In this document: piece after piece, positions 63,151 to 64,000 of the stretch
How positions within the stretch are numbered: position 1 is the first letter of the stretch
Layout of the letters: every line of letters begins with the position of its first letter
DNA from: Octopus sinensis
Lineage: Eukaryota
DNA length: 64,000 nucleotides
Assembly (NCBI RefSeq): GCF_006345805.1
Contig: NC_043005.1
Location: 62,558,001 to 62,622,000 of the forward strand
Direction of reading: 5' to 3'
Notes under the pieces: model-generated
Told to the model about the DNA's origin: nothing
Seen by the model: the letters and a program-made list of their open reading frames with translations, nothing else
Database searches by the model: none
Made by a program: the position numbers and the translations under genes

Positions 63151-64000
63151 CTGTGTTAAAAAAAGTATGAAATTAAGGTCTACTCTAAATCTCTGTAGTA
63201 TGTTCCCAAACAAACACTTTTTATCAAACATTATGAGCCATATTTTGTGGTAGAATAGATAAGCAGGCACATTGATAGGGCTTGAATCATGTACCTATCA
63301 CTTGCTGGGTGACTTTATGATTAGTTATATTACCAAGTGCATGAAATATCAGCCTCCTAAAGTAAAACCATAATTTATAACTGTTATTTTAACTGTAGTA
63401 TTTTATCTCCACCAGCTAACTCATTAGTCACTTAGCACTTGCAGGATAGGTTATTCAAGAAACATGAGAGTGACACATTTTGTTTCTTTGACTGTATTGT
63501 TTTAAATCTTTATGGCAATTAGCCAGTGACTCTGTGGTTGCAGAATTCGTTATTCTAGAAATGTTCAACACAACACTATAATTTGTTTCTGCATCTTTAA
63601 CCAGTTTAATCTTATATCCACAAAATAATTTCTCCCTTGCTTAATGCTAGCAGATAGAGTATTCCAAGTGACTGACAACTTATCTTGCAGAGTTTGAGTA
63701 ATATTACAGTTAAAATAGCATAAACAAATGATAGGTGATGGTATGGCAGTCACTTTACTGAGTTATTGATACTATGATCTCTCAGCAAGAGAGAGTGAGA
63801 GAGAGAGAGACAACTTAGGTCTGAACAGCAGTTCTGTTTTTCTTTTCTGTCTTGTTATAGTTCATTCAATGTTGAATATCATTTTCCATTAAAAATCTTA
63901 GAAGCGAATATATCGTTTCTGTTTCATTATCAATAATATCATATATACATATATGTGTGTGTGTGTAATTTCCAAATCAACTTTTCACTTTGATTGACAC

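Overview
AT-rich, microsatellite-saturated animal genomic DNA. The SINE families and TA/CA tracts resemble what I recall from coleoid cephalopod (most likely Octopus) genomes; this is an inference, not a database match. No complete protein-coding gene is present. The only convincing host coding signal is an isolated 108-nt phase 0-0 exon on the minus strand (61841-61948), so part or most of the window is probably intron of an unidentified minus-strand gene. The rest is decayed transposons: RTE LINE fragments (one with a PHD finger inside ORF2), R4/Dong-type RLE LINE fragments stacked in (TAA)n tracts, two Penelope-like (GIY-YIG) elements, mariner and DD37D (maT) Tc1/mariner copies, an internally deleted hAT-like element, and three tRNA-derived SINE families. 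Most ORFs in the supplied track are microsatellite or repeat artefacts. The most interesting non-coding structures are a minimal type I hammerhead ribozyme fold (33327-33374), a near-perfect 34-bp hairpin (14113-14221), a ~1.5 kb imperfect inverted repeat (46930-48413), and an AG|GT site that may be a recursive splice site or a 33-nt microexon (63118-63150). All identities were judged by eye and nothing was computed.
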